Shown here: positions 62,442 through 64,000 of the stretch, piece after piece
Numbering within the stretch: the first letter of the stretch is position 1
How the letters are laid out: each line of letters starts with the position of its first letter
From: a bacterium
GTDB taxonomy: Bacteria > UBA8248
Assembly (NCBI GenBank): GCA_965200245.1
Contig: CBDATS010000002.1
Span: forward strand, 128,001 to 192,000
Direction of reading: 5' to 3'
Length of the DNA stretch: 64,000 nt
The notes under the pieces: model-generated
Database searches by the model: none
The model's input: the letters and a program-made list of their open reading frames with translations, nothing else
What the model was told of the DNA's origin: nothing
Made by a program: the position numbers and the translations under genes

Positions 62442-63431
62442 TCAAAACAATCGAATGGGCGTCAAGGTAAACGTACATATCAGGATAATTATACACGCAA
62501 ATCCCCAAAACCGCCTATTGCGCGTGAGTGGTTCCCACTCATCCATGAGATGCGGATGGCGCCTTCCCAGAACGAGCACCATCACGCTCCAGAGAATCCA
62601 GCCAGGCCACCAGTATCCCATCACAAGAAGAACGAGGCTGATGGCGACGGATATCTTCGCGTGCCACCTGCCGACAAGCGTGTATATGACGTGACCGCCG
62701 TCGAGTTGTCCGGCGGGTATGAGGTTGAGCGACGTCACCAGCAATCCGCACCAGCCCGCAAAGGCCACCGGATGGAGAACGATGTTCTGACCCTCCGGAA
62801 CCGGACCATGCGCCAGCCAGGCGAGGCCGTCGAACAAAAGGGGAGTGCCCAACTCAATGCCGGGCGAGCTACCGCCGGGCGCAAGCCGCGACATCATCAG
62901 GCCGATGAACAGGGCCGGAATAGCTGCTGCCAGACCGGCCAAGGGCCCCGCCACGGCCATGTCCATGAGCGCGTTTCGGTTCAAAATGCCGCCGCGTATA
63001 CGGATGACCGCGCCGAATGTCCCCAGAAGAGAGGGCGCGGGCAGAAAGTAGGGAAGCGAGGCGTCCATCCCCTATTTTCGGCTCGCGACGTAATGCCCCA
63101 TCTCGTGCGCACCGAGAATCAGTAACAGCGTGAGCGAATAGGGCAGCCCGACCAGCAGGGCCAATGGTTGCGAGAAGAGAGCGTCTGGCGCGACGCCGCG
63201 CTGAAATGCGCCCGCCAGCAAGGTGCAAAGCGCGGTCAATACGAACATCAACACGGGGACGACAACCTCTTTCCAAACGCTGTTTCGCCTCGGGGTTCTC
63301 ACTTCGCACGGACCGGCGGGGCGTTCGTCCAGTGAAAGGGAAAAGGCTTCCGGGCACAAATCCCGAGCGTCCGGCAGATCATCCCATTTCCGATCTTCGT
63401 TCAAGGCAGGTCGTGTGGAGAAATCGCGCAT
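62442..63431 (-). pseudogene. Site-2 protease (M50) family gene interrupted by one in-frame TAG
   Basis: HEMGH lies in the 5' part, then ...RK-TAG(63072-63074)-G-MDASLPYFLP in the same frame; AGPLAG, LHPVAFAGW and NLIPAGQLDGGH lie in the 3' part. Confidence 0.8.
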
Positions 63432-63530
63432 CCCGGAAATCTACCCAATCCCATCAATTTATGCACCCTTGACACTTCATGTCTCAATTCCTACTCTCGA
63501 TTCTGACAAAAGTTTGCCTGCGAGAAAAAA

Positions 63531-64000
63531 ATGCCCAAAGACATCATACGATTTATCGTCGTCGCCTCTCTCGCTGCATTGCTCATTTCGGGATGCAAAA
63601 CCCCCTCCGCACCGGAACAATCTTCACAAGCGGCCGCACCCGTGCAGCAAAGCGCGCCCGCTCCCGATGAAAAAAGCACCCAAGCACATGCACACTACAT
63701 CCCCAAGCCACTCGGTACTGCTTCCGGAAGCTGGTCGGCCCCCGCTCCGCCGCCTCCCAGAACACCGCTCTCCGCATTGCGAGAAAAATGGGCTGCAAAT
63801 CCCCTTGACCGCGACGCGGACAGGACGCTGTTCGGGATCGCAAAACATGAACTCATACTCGGGAATCTGGGACCTGCAGCGGAAACCCTGAAACGCCTGC
63901 AGGAGAAATTTCCCTTATCAGCCCTGTATCCCGAGAGTGTGTTCTATCTGGGTCTCGCGCTTCAGGCCGCGGGTCGACACGATGAGGCCTGGATTCACCT
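63531..64000 (+). CDS. Lipoprotein with TPR-like region, 5' part (runs off the window)
   Basis: Manual translation gives MPKDIIRFIVVASLAALLISGC (lipobox), a Pro/Ala linker, then LKRLQEKFPLSALYPESVFYLGLAL; no stop before 64000. Confidence 0.7.
   Translation, partial: MPKDIIRFIVVASLAALLISGCKTPSAPEQSSQAAAPVQQSAPAPDEKSTQAHAHYIPKPLGTASGSWSAPAPPPPRTPLSALREKWAANPLDRDADRTLFGIAKHELILGNLGPAAETLKRLQEKFPLSALYPESVFYLGLALQAAGRHDEAWIH

Noticed and set aside
63072-63074. Genome-wide TAG recoding
   Set aside because: TAG ends several full-length conserved genes in this window at their expected C-termini.

Overview
About 60 mostly housekeeping genes from the chromosome of a fairly GC-rich diderm bacterium. 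The gene order resembles Nitrospinota/Tectomicrobia/'delta-like' lineages, which is an inference only. Blocks in order: ppiD; mreBCD-mrdA-rodA, interrupted by an inverted sulfatase; a fused radical SAM protein, rng and cpoB-like gene; a decayed dprA; topA-trmFO-xerC-hslVU-argBDFG; a small DUF433/PIN toxin-antitoxin islet with a nonsense-mutated toxin; then on the minus strand dciA-TPR-lolB-like-ispE-prs-rplY-pth-hppA-rpsF-ssb-rpsR-rplI-dnaB-alr-mlaF-tgt-yajC-secDF; pmm-dedA-manC-uppP; and S2P-pilM-aroB-aroQ-pepQ-efp-livKHMGF-NIPSNAP. I found no rRNA, tRNA, CRISPR array, IS or prophage. The main unusual signals are: apparent erosion of competence and type IV pilus genes (multi-lesion dprA pseudogene; intact pilM joined directly to aroB); two genes each broken by one in-frame stop (PIN toxin, site-2 protease); a Tgt with atypical pocket residues; a 70-bp, 20% GC patch inside pmm; a structured 330-bp livK-livH spacer; and an S6:S18 leader RNA. 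I cannot support a clearly new multi-gene system. All calls come from reading motifs by eye; no searches were run.
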